This document shows positions 1-5,436 of a stretch of 5,830 nt of DNA, piece by piece (within the stretch, counting starts at the first letter, position 1; every line of letters starts with the position of its first letter). The stretch lies in IMG/VR virus record IMGVR_UViG_3300045988_031704; one strand, 5' to 3'. The position numbers and the translations under genes are program-made. The DNA comes from a virus. The notes beneath the pieces were generated by a model that was not told the origin of the DNA, made no database searches, and was given only the letters and a program-made list of their open reading frames with translations.

Positions 1-55
1 GGCTTTCCAACATGGTTTCTGAGTACGTCTAGGATAGATACCAGGTAACTATCTA
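1..55. repeat. 55-nt terminal direct repeat, identical to 5776-5830. This is assembly redundancy of a circular genome whose unit length is about 5775 nt.
   Basis: Exact 55/55 identity between 1-55 and 5776-5830 (ggctttccaacatggtttctgagtacgtctaggatagataccaggtaactatcta). The identity ends at both sides. Confidence 0.9.
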
Positions 56-158
56 TAAAAACTACCTGTGACCCGTCCTGGCAAGCGAATTCCTTTACTT
101 TGAAGTGCTGCCCTACTTTTTCGTTTGCGTCTGTGTCCATGATATAGCATTTAATCAT
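1..158 (-). CDS. 5' portion of a Peptidase_M15_3 (VanY / D-Ala-D-Ala carboxypeptidase-like zinc peptidase) gene, a candidate lysis enzyme. The ORF continues across the circular junction into 5544-5775. The start is either ATG 158..156 (MIKCYIMDTD...) or ATG 140..138.
   Basis: Hand translation of the minus strand gives MIKCYIMDTDANEKVGQHFKVKEFACQDGSQVVFIDSYLVSILDVLRNHVGKP..., open to position 1 in the same frame as the ORF entering from 5830. GAGGAA lies 10 nt upstream of ATG 158. The N-terminal region matches the family pattern K-x-EF-x-C-x-DGS ... L ... LR ... G-P. Confidence 0.8.
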   Translation of the reverse strand, partial: MIKCYIMDTDANEKVGQHFKVKEFACQDGSQVVFIDSYLVSILDVLRNHVGK

Positions 159-195
159 TCTTGTCAATTCCTCAAAAATTAAAAATTGAAATACA
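139..195 (-). promoter_or_regulatory. Candidate sigma70 promoter P2: a consensus -35 TTGACA (167..162), then either a 17-nt spacer to TATCAT (144..139) or a 15-nt spacer to TGcTATATC (extended -10, 149..141). It is preceded by an A/T-rich UP-like tract (aatttttaattttt, 168-195).
   Basis: Read directly on the minus strand: aatttttgaggaaTTGACAagaatgattaaatgcTATATCATgg. The predicted start (~132) falls inside the peptidase ORF, so this would be an internal promoter. Confidence 0.4.
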
Positions 196-254
196 CTCTT
201 ACTAAGAACTTGTACTCTTTTATGGCGTTTACCTCTCTTTCTTTTTCTGATTCT

Positions 255-284
255 ATTATACTACTTGTCAATAGGTTTTTTCAA
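255..284 (-). promoter_or_regulatory. Candidate sigma70 promoter P1: TTGAAA (284..279) - 18 nt - TATAAT (260..255), reading toward the peptidase gene.
   Basis: Perfect -10 hexamer and a 5/6 match for the -35. The predicted transcription start near 248 gives a ~90-nt leader to ATG 158. Confidence 0.45.
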
Positions 285-489
285 TGATCTTGCTGTTTTG
301 TAATATATTCGTAACCTTTTTTTGCAACTCGGTTTTGCTCCTTTGTTTTGATGGCGCTTTAGCGCCTTGCCGTGCGTAGCGTATGCGGAGCTCGGCTAAT
401 CCTTTCCTTTTTAGCGCTGTGCGCGTTTTCAACACTTTCAACACTTTCAACAGGTTTTCCACAAAATGTTGCACAATACTTTTCGTCAT
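268..489 (-). CDS. Doubtful 73-aa ORF encoding a very basic protein (...KTRTALKRKGLAELRIRYARQGAKAPSKQRSKTELQKK...). It could be a J/ORF8-like DNA-binding protein. Its N-terminus is encoded by the iteron repeats (LKVLKVLK).
   Basis: ATG 489 has no convincing SD (GAAAG only). The first third of the ORF is the tandem 9-mer array, and the ORF ends inside the P1 promoter. Small Arg/Lys-rich DNA-packaging proteins are known in Microviridae. It may equally be a non-coding iteron region. Confidence 0.25.
   Translation of the reverse strand: MTKSIVQHFVENLLKVLKVLKTRTALKRKGLAELRIRYARQGAKAPSKQRSKTELQKKVTNILQNSKIIEKTY
353..366. repeat. 14-bp perfect palindrome GGCGCTTTAGCGCC. The same arms GGCGCT/AGCGCC recur at 640-645/664-669.
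   Basis: Direct reading. Confidence 0.6.
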
Positions 490-600
490 TTTGACGAACT
501 TTCAACATTTCAACAAGTTTTCAACAAAACTTTCAACATTCTTTTTTGCTTTTTATTTACGCTTTAACGTTAAATTTTAGTACTTTTCAACTTTTCCACA
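428..600. promoter_or_regulatory. Iteron-like array of about 10 copies of TTCAACA and variants at roughly 9-11 bp (one helical turn) spacing. It includes three tandem 9-mers TTCAACACT (428-454) and two TTTTCCACA elements (455-463, 592-600) that each match the relaxed DnaA-box consensus TTWTNCACA perfectly.
   Basis: Perfect TTCAACA at 428, 437, 446, 501, 509, 520 and 532. TTCCACA at 457 and 594, and TTCAAC at 586. All copies are in the same orientation, inside an AT-rich tract. Confidence 0.6.
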
Positions 601-605
601 TTGCC

Positions 606-620
606 TACTACTACTACTAC
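606..620. repeat. (TAC)5 trinucleotide microsatellite.
   Basis: tactactactactac, read directly. Confidence 0.8.
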
Positions 621-676
621 AACAAGTTATATATTATTTGGCGCTTGTGAGCTTGCGAACTATAGCGCCTAAGAGC

Positions 677-719
677 TGCGCGTGCGCGCGTGCGCGCTTC
701 GCGCGCGTGCGTACGCGCA
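677..719. repeat. GC-rich tract of about 43 nt, made of two runs of perfectly alternating purine/pyrimidine bases (677-697 and 700-719). The tract is Z-DNA prone and folds as an imperfect hairpin centred on gcgcgc-ttc-gcgcgc.
   Basis: tgcgcgtgcgcgcgtgcgcgc ttc gcgcgcgtgcgtacgcgca. The core 692-697/701-706 is a perfect 6-bp GC stem, extended by G-T/wobble-tolerant pairs. It is strikingly GC-rich against the AT-rich flanking sequence. Confidence 0.6.
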
Positions 720-738
720 GTAAAGATATATTTACTTG

Positions 739-756
739 ATAGACTGAATAGACTGA
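739..756. repeat. Tandem 9-mer ATAGACTGA x2. The flanking 11-mer TTACTTGATAG (732-742) recurs in the loop of the 780-811 hairpin (791-801).
   Basis: Direct reading: 739-747 and 748-756 are identical, and the 11-mer at 732-742 equals 791-801. Confidence 0.7.
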
Positions 757-779
757 TACATGGAGTCTTTAACGATAAT

Positions 780-811
780 AGCCCAGTACCTTACTTGATA
801 GGTACTGGGCT
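780..811 (-). terminator. Perfect 12-bp stem / 8-nt loop hairpin (agcccagtacct - tacttgat - aggtactgggct) 20 nt downstream of the rep stop. A candidate operon terminator, or a structural element of the replication origin.
   Basis: 780-791 is the exact reverse complement of 800-811. In mRNA sense the hairpin is followed by the moderately U-rich AUUAUCGUUAAAG. Confidence 0.55.
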
Positions 812-823
812 AGGTGACACCAC

Positions 824-840
824 GACACTTTTAAAGTGTC
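824..840. promoter_or_regulatory. 17-nt perfect palindrome gacacttt-t-aaagtgtc overlapping the rep (VP4) stop codon.
   Basis: 824-831 is the reverse complement of 833-840, and the rep stop TAA is at 833..831. Confidence 0.4.
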
Positions 841-1850
841 CCTCTCTTCTTCAGCTGCTTCTTTATTACTCTCTCTTTCGTTTTGCACTGTTCTGCAAAG
901 TCTGTGTTTTCGTACTTTAGTCGGTTTTCTGCGATCACTGCTGCTTGTCTGTTTTGTTTAATTCGCCACAATCTTTGTGGGTTTTCAGCTTCCATCATTT
1001 TTTCATAATAGCGTGGAATTTGTGCGCGTTTGCCGTTTGTGCATTGGATATACCCTTGCTTCCAGATTTTCGCTTTGTGTTCTTGATAGTAGCGATCTCC
1101 TAGGCCTGGTTTAAGGCTCATACATGCAAAAGGTTTTTGCTGTCCTAGATCGTAGTATACGTTTGCTTTTTGACCGTCAATTTCGTACATTTTTTTCGTG
1201 ACGTATCCCGCAACATATCTATAAGTCTCCGGTGCTGCTTGTGCTATCTGTATTTGACCCATGCCCCATAGGTCTTCAAGCCATTTACTTGTGAAATATC
1301 CGTTGTGTTGTATCTTGTACAGGTGCTTTAGATCCGTTGGTCGCCATCCATACAGTATCATATGATAATGCGGCCTTGCTGTCTGTTCTCCGTATTCTCC
1401 CGCCACAAAATAGCGTAATTTGCCCCTGTAAGCCTTTCTGAGGCGTTTTATGAGTTTTTGAACGTCAGTATATAGCAATGTTTGGACGCTTTCAGGGCGC
1501 TTCTCTCCCGGCTTCCAGACGTATTGTACTTTTCGCATGATTTCGCCTGTGTTTACTATCATGCCCGGTACATGATCATCATCATAAGTTAATGTGATAA
1601 ACCAAACTTCCTCTCTTGGATAGTCTCGTGCTTCTAATTCTATTCGTGTTGTCCAGTCCTCCCTCTGTCTGATTCTGCATCCGATACACTGCCCGCATGG
1701 TATCAACATGACATCTTTTCTATACATCAAATCTTCATATTTGAGCTGTTTCCCGCATATTTCAGAAAAGCGGGAGAGTGAATACACCCTCCCGCTAATG
1801 CTTTTATCGTTCGGGTTGTACAGCCTTATTAATGGCTTGTAGCAACTCAT
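831..1850 (-). CDS. VP4 replication initiation protein (rolling-circle Rep of Microviridae), 339 aa.
   Basis: Rolling-circle motifs are present: motif I FITLTY, motif II PHYHMILYG (HxH), motif III YRYVAGYVTKKM (catalytic Y...K). There is an N-terminal Cys cluster CGQCIGC. ATG 1850 overlaps the VP2 stop. Confidence 0.93.
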   Translation of the reverse strand: MSCYKPLIRLYNPNDKSISGRVYSLSRFSEICGKQLKYEDLMYRKDVMLIPCGQCIGCRIRQREDWTTRIELEARDYPREEVWFITLTYDDDHVPGMIVNTGEIMRKVQYVWKPGEKRPESVQTLLYTDVQKLIKRLRKAYRGKLRYFVAGEYGEQTARPHYHMILYGWRPTDLKHLYKIQHNGYFTSKWLEDLWGMGQIQIAQAAPETYRYVAGYVTKKMYEIDGQKANVYYDLGQQKPFACMSLKPGLGDRYYQEHKAKIWKQGYIQCTNGKRAQIPRYYEKMMEAENPQRLWRIKQNRQAAVIAENRLKYENTDFAEQCKTKERVIKKQLKKRGTL

Positions 1851-2710
1851 TTCAAATAATCACCCGGCTTTCGCTTTTCTCCGTAGCTTCCTGTTTTGTC
1901 TTGTGGTTTTATGCTTCTACTTTGTTCTGTGCCTTTTTCCGCCTTTGCTGTTGCATCCGTAATGGCCTTGTTTGTGTTGTTTCCTACTTCTGTAAGTGCC
2001 TTTTGCAGTCCGTATGGTGTCATGTGTGTTGTACTGAGCATTTGCTGCCAGCTTTGCGCAGCATTGTACCAGTCACTTGTACTCCAACTTGAGCTTGAGT
2101 ATGCATTCGGTACAAATCCACCGCTTCTGCTTACCCCTAGCGCGCTGCTGCTTGCAAGTCCCATGCTCGCACCGCTGATTGTTCCTGCTGATCCTCCCGG
2201 CGTGCTTGCTCCACCGTTTGAAAAAGCCAAGATTGGGTTAAGTCCTGCTTTTTTCATATCTTCAACTGCACGCTGGTATGCTGTGCTTGACATGTGTTCT
2301 TGCCATTCACGGTTTGCTAGTGCTTCTGCACTGTTGTAGTTCATTGCTACGCTGTTTTCAATGTGGTTGTATACGCCTTGCATGATTGCTTGTAAGGTGT
2401 TGTAACCCATCTGTTTAAGCATACTCTGACTGTTGTATTTACCTTGCATGGCTGCCTCTTGCCCTTGGTATGCGTATGCTTGCTTTAGCCAGTCGTTTAC
2501 TTGTTGAACGTTTGTGCCTGATTGGCTTCCGCTTTCTGAGTGCCCGCCGCCCTGGCTTATACTTCCGCCCTGGCTTTGGCTGTTACCTTCTTGTCCGTAT
2601 CCGCCAAATGCTCCGGCAATGTTTTTTGCTGCTCCGGCGAATGTTCCGATTGTATTTGCTACGTTTCCTGCTACGTTTAGTGCTGTTAAGAATCCTGATA
2701 ACGCTCCCAT
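1847..2710 (-). CDS. VP2 minor capsid / DNA pilot protein, 287 aa, with Gly/Ser/Gln-rich low-complexity segments.
   Basis: Contains the conserved gokushovirus VP2 core ...SSTAYQRAVEDMKKAGLNPILAF (the AYQRAV-DMK-AGLNP-LA motif). Its low-complexity composition and position between VP1 and VP4 are typical. The stop overlaps the VP4 start (ATGA at 1847-1850). Confidence 0.85.
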   Translation of the reverse strand: MGALSGFLTALNVAGNVANTIGTFAGAAKNIAGAFGGYGQEGNSQSQGGSISQGGGHSESGSQSGTNVQQVNDWLKQAYAYQGQEAAMQGKYNSQSMLKQMGYNTLQAIMQGVYNHIENSVAMNYNSAEALANREWQEHMSSTAYQRAVEDMKKAGLNPILAFSNGGASTPGGSAGTISGASMGLASSSALGVSRSGGFVPNAYSSSSWSTSDWYNAAQSWQQMLSTTHMTPYGLQKALTEVGNNTNKAITDATAKAEKGTEQSRSIKPQDKTGSYGEKRKPGDYLK

Positions 2711-2738
2711 TTAAAAATAGCCCGGATTTCTCCGGGCT
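2711..2738 (-). terminator. Stem-loop between VP1 and VP2: 8-bp stem AGCCCGGA/TCCGGGCT with a GAAA tetraloop in mRNA sense, followed by AUUUUUAA. A candidate leaky intrinsic terminator that could also reposition the VP2 SD next to its start codon.
   Basis: Plus strand 2719-2726 agcccgga pairs perfectly with 2731-2738 tccgggct. A U-rich run separates the stem from the VP2 ATG at 2710. The SD GGAGG (2744..2740) lies immediately 5' of the stem. Confidence 0.55.
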
Positions 2739-2748
2739 TCCTCCTTTC

Positions 2749-4422
2749 TTACAGTTTGTACAGGCCCGGCACACTGTACAGCGGCATCCGCCTTGTGGTT
2801 TTGTTTGCTACGCGGATTGCTCCGAAAAATTGGGGTTCATTTTGCACGATGAGCGTGCGCGCAATTTCGATTTTTCCTTCTTCCATCCAGTCCTGTGACA
2901 GCGTTGGTACGTTTGAATAGTTGTCAGCATAATGCCAGAAGTCCAGCGTTCCTGTTGCGTTGCTTCTCATGAGGCCAGATACCCGGTTTGGCTTCATTCT
3001 GTAGTCTGCCCATGCTTCTTGATACCCGAAGGTTTCTTCATCTGTTGCATTGCCGGTTAACATGATTTCTTTCTTTTTGACAGGCTGCTCGCCTATGTTT
3101 GCAAACTGCGGTACGTAGTAGTCAAGTCTGTCACTTCTGCTCCAGAAGCGTTCAAGTCCTTGCTGATAGCTGCGATTGTGTCGTACACAACATACACCGA
3201 TCACAAAACCGTGCTCTTCAAACGATTTGGCAAAACTGCTTTCATTGATTGGTGTTACTGACATTGCACCAGTTTCACCAATAGGCGTGTCATCTTGGCT
3301 CTGCTGTCCGCTGGTCTGCACGATTTGGTTAATGTTTACATGGTATCTGCCGCCGCCGAGGTATTCCGGCACCTGTACGGTTTTATCACTGATAACCACG
3401 TCCCATAGTGCTTGTACCTGTTCGCGGTAACGAGTGCCGCCGCGTGCCAGTGCCTCATAGTACTGCTGCACTGCTACGGCCTTTCGTAAGTCGTTGATGG
3501 TTGCTGCTGCTACACTGCTAAGGTCTGCACCTAGGTATACTACATTATGTGTCGTGTCAGTATCGTCTCCGATGGCTAAGTATGCTGATCCGGTGTTTCC
3601 ATCTTCCGCGATTGCATACAGTCTGTCCTTGACGTTGCTCGGGTTTGTGCTTCCGTCAAAAAAGCTGTTTGCATATAGTGGTGCTTTTTCGTTAAATTTA
3701 TCGTTTGTGTATCCGGAAATTCTTGCATTGCCTTGCATTGGCAGCGTAACTTCCGGCCCGCGCTGAGGCTGCGGCAGACAGCTTGTGAAGTAGTCATGGA
3801 ACTTGTTTACCGGCAACAGATTTCCGCCTTTGTACGCGTTGTTGTCTGCTTCTTGCACCCAAGTTTCATTTCCAAATTCGTACAACACGTTGCTATCGTC
3901 TGTTTTTAGCACTGCTTCGTTATTTACGTTTTCGTCTCTGAAAAATTCATTCCAGATTTTTACGTACGCTCTCACGGGCAGTGCGTTAATCGTAAACGAT
4001 TTTTTGATCTTGGTTGGTACTCCCATATAGTCTAGTATGGATCTTTCGTCTGGTTTTGGTTTGCTATCCGTTCCGTTGATTACGATTTTTGGCGTTGCGT
4101 ATTCTTTTTTTGGCATCCATGGTGTTGCTTCTACTTCTCCCATGAAGTGCTTAAAGTTGTCCCACAGAATTCTATTAGGACAGTAGAAGTAGTAGAAGTC
4201 AATGAATGCATCATCCATTACCGGGTACTTCGGTGTGCTCATGCGGATAATAGCTGAAGTATTCACGCTGAAGGTATCGCCCGGTAATACCTCGTCAACA
4301 TAAAATGGAATCAGCTTGCCAGAATCGAATGTTGTTAAGATCGTCTGGTCTCGGTTAAACCGCGTCCGGCTTGCTTTCATTTCCGGGATTTCATTAAAGT
4401 GTCTTTCATTGTTTCTATTCAC
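2749..4422 (-). CDS. Major capsid protein VP1 (Microviridae F-protein family), 557 aa from GTG 4422, or 543 aa if ATG 4380 is used.
   Basis: The N-terminal region ...MKASRTRFNRDQTILTTFDSGKLIPFYVDEVLPGDTF is the canonical gokushovirus VP1 start (RxRF...TTFDxGxLIPxxVDEVLPGDTF). The size is typical of Gokushovirinae VP1. GTG 4422 overlaps the upstream stop (GTGA) with AGGAGG 7 nt upstream. The first in-frame ATG is at 4380. Confidence 0.95.
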   Translation of the reverse strand: MNRNNERHFNEIPEMKASRTRFNRDQTILTTFDSGKLIPFYVDEVLPGDTFSVNTSAIIRMSTPKYPVMDDAFIDFYYFYCPNRILWDNFKHFMGEVEATPWMPKKEYATPKIVINGTDSKPKPDERSILDYMGVPTKIKKSFTINALPVRAYVKIWNEFFRDENVNNEAVLKTDDSNVLYEFGNETWVQEADNNAYKGGNLLPVNKFHDYFTSCLPQPQRGPEVTLPMQGNARISGYTNDKFNEKAPLYANSFFDGSTNPSNVKDRLYAIAEDGNTGSAYLAIGDDTDTTHNVVYLGADLSSVAAATINDLRKAVAVQQYYEALARGGTRYREQVQALWDVVISDKTVQVPEYLGGGRYHVNINQIVQTSGQQSQDDTPIGETGAMSVTPINESSFAKSFEEHGFVIGVCCVRHNRSYQQGLERFWSRSDRLDYYVPQFANIGEQPVKKKEIMLTGNATDEETFGYQEAWADYRMKPNRVSGLMRSNATGTLDFWHYADNYSNVPTLSQDWMEEGKIEIARTLIVQNEPQFFGAIRVANKTTRRMPLYSVPGLYKL

Positions 4423-4817
4423 TTTTCCTCCTCCTTTGTTTCAGGTTCTGCCGCTGGTTTTTCTGCTGCCTTTTTTTGCAGCTCCTCTAGTTTCATGGCG
4501 TTTACCTGTGCGGTCGCCACCATGCGGTGATACTCATGGATGTTTTGCGGGAATTCCGTAATATCCGTGTATGTACCGTTTAATGCTCCTTCTGACAGGC
4601 TATTTAGAAACTGCGGGTCAAAACTTGCTTTTCGGACAATGTTTTTGATATCACATTCATCCGCATAGCTTTCAATCTCCTGTTGGATATCGATTGGTGC
4701 AGTTTCTTGTAGTGTTTCTTCTCCTTTTTCGTCCTTCGTCCAAACGTACTGTTTTCGAAGTTTTTCTCCTGATTTAGAAAAGAAGGGCTCTCGCCCTTCT
4801 TCGTATCGTTTATTCAT
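4419..4817 (-). CDS. Acidic 132-aa protein, a candidate internal scaffolding protein (VP3-like) of Microviridae.
   Basis: SD GGGAGGG lies 8 nt upstream of ATG 4817. The protein is highly acidic with a C-terminal KKAAEKPAAEPETKEEEK tail, and sits immediately upstream of and overlapping VP1, as VP3 does in gokushoviruses. The assignment rests on size, charge and synteny rather than a recognised motif. Confidence 0.5.
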   Translation of the reverse strand: MNKRYEEGREPFFSKSGEKLRKQYVWTKDEKGEETLQETAPIDIQQEIESYADECDIKNIVRKASFDPQFLNSLSEGALNGTYTDITEFPQNIHEYHRMVATAQVNAMKLEELQKKAAEKPAAEPETKEEEK

Positions 4818-5049
4818 GCGGTTTGCCCTCCCATACCTTCTCCTTGCCGTTCGTGAACGTGCCTAGCTCGTCTTCAAACACTGCCAGCTTATAGCCGGTG
4901 TAGTCGCCGGGCCCCTGCCCAACAAACGTTTTTTCATCCTTCGCCATTACGTTGCACATACGTGCAAAGGTTGCACTATTCTTGCTCTCGCCTACCCATG
5001 CATAGCACTTTGCTACGTCATCCCATAGGCCAAAATATTCATGCTTCAT
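4810..5049 (-). CDS. Hypothetical protein of 79 aa (82 aa if GTG 5058 is used). It is a candidate VP5-like protein by position alone, immediately upstream of the VP3-like gene as in gokushovirus gene order.
   Basis: ORF MKHEYFGLWDDVAKCYAWVGESKNSATFARMCNVMAKDEKTFVGQGPGDYTGYKLAVFEDELGTFTNGKEKVWEGKPHE. Its stop overlaps the next gene's start (ATGAATAA at 4810-4817). A purine-rich AAAGGAAAGTGGA lies upstream. I do not recognise any sequence-level homology. Confidence 0.4.
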   Translation of the reverse strand: MKHEYFGLWDDVAKCYAWVGESKNSATFARMCNVMAKDEKTFVGQGPGDYTGYKLAVFEDELGTFTNGKEKVWEGKPHE

Positions 5050-5147
5050 GATATCCACTTTCCTTTCTTTTACAGCCGGATGCCGCCGCGCATAGGCTTT
5101 TGACTGAGGTTGATGGTTTTGGTTTTTCGTGCGGTTACGTTGAACAC

Positions 5148-5167
5148 GCGGCGGTCTTTTGCGCCGC
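5148..5167 (-). other. GC hairpin (gcggcg - 8-nt loop - cgccgc) 8 nt downstream of the 74-aa ORF stop, inside the 117-nt gap 5059-5175. A possible RNA stability or processing element.
   Basis: 5148-5153 pairs with 5162-5167. No U-tract follows in mRNA sense. Confidence 0.35.
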
Positions 5168-5175
5168 TCATTACT

Positions 5176-5400
5176 TTACGATGTCGTCCCATTGTTGTAC
5201 TCCCTTCTCATCAGTTCTATCTCGATTTCGTTTACAAAGCTTTTTATTTGCCAAATTTCGTTTACCAGCTTTTTGGCATCGTCTATGTTTGACACTTTTC
5301 TAAGCATTTTGTAATTGGCATTAATTTCTTTGTATTTTTGTGTGAGTATTCCTTCCAATGCTTCTTTGGGCTGGTCACGTACATTCCATGCTTTCATCAT
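5176..5400 (-). CDS. Hypothetical protein of about 74 aa (MMKAWNVRDQPKEALEGILTQKYKEINANYKMLRKVSNIDDAKKLVNEIWQIKSFVNEIEIELMRREYNNGTTS). The track extends it to a GTG at 5418.
   Basis: Perfect SD AAGGAG lies 9 nt upstream of ATG 5400 (gtgAAGGAGaatagccgaATGATG). The track's GTG at 5418 sits upstream of that SD, so ATG 5400 is the preferred start. The ORF is in the operon orientation. Confidence 0.45.
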   Translation of the reverse strand: MMKAWNVRDQPKEALEGILTQKYKEINANYKMLRKVSNIDDAKKLVNEIWQIKSFVNEIEIELMRREYNNGTTS

Positions 5401-5436
5401 TCGGCTATTCTCCTTCACAGGTCATTCGTCATTCAT

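Noticed and set aside
138-140. An ATG at 140 directly inside the P2 -10 element as an independent gene start.
   Set aside because: It is in frame with, and downstream of, the ATG at 158 of the same peptidase ORF, so it is an alternative start for that gene, not a separate gene.
255-271. TTGACA followed 5 nt later by TATAAT on the minus strand, looking at first like a perfect consensus promoter.
   Set aside because: A 5-nt spacer is incompatible with sigma70. The same TATAAT paired with the upstream TTGAAA at an 18-nt spacing is the plausible promoter (P1).
428-600. Could the short direct repeats be a CRISPR array?
   Set aside because: The repeat units are only 7-9 bp, are degenerate, and are separated by 2-4 nt rather than by ~30-nt unique spacers. 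They are iterons or tandem repeats, not a CRISPR.
2583-2774. 63-aa Arg-rich minus-strand ORF in an alternate frame, overlapping the VP1 end, the hairpin and the VP2 start. It could be mistaken for a J-like basic DNA-binding protein.
   Set aside because: It begins with GTG inside VP1 and has no SD. Its basic composition is the expected by-product of frame-shifting the GC-rich Gly/Ala codons of VP2 (GGN/GCN read as CGN/AGC).
3576-3797. 73-aa minus-strand ORF inside VP1 in another frame.
   Set aside because: It is fully embedded in the capsid gene with no start context, and is most likely spurious.
5400-5418. GTG-extended N-termini given by the ORF track for the 74-aa, 82-aa and VP1 genes.
   Set aside because: For the 74-aa gene the SD AAGGAG lies between GTG 5418 and ATG 5400, so ATG is the start. 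For the 82-aa gene and VP1 the GTG starts (5058, 4422) remain possible but are unproven. The coordinates are reported with the alternatives noted.
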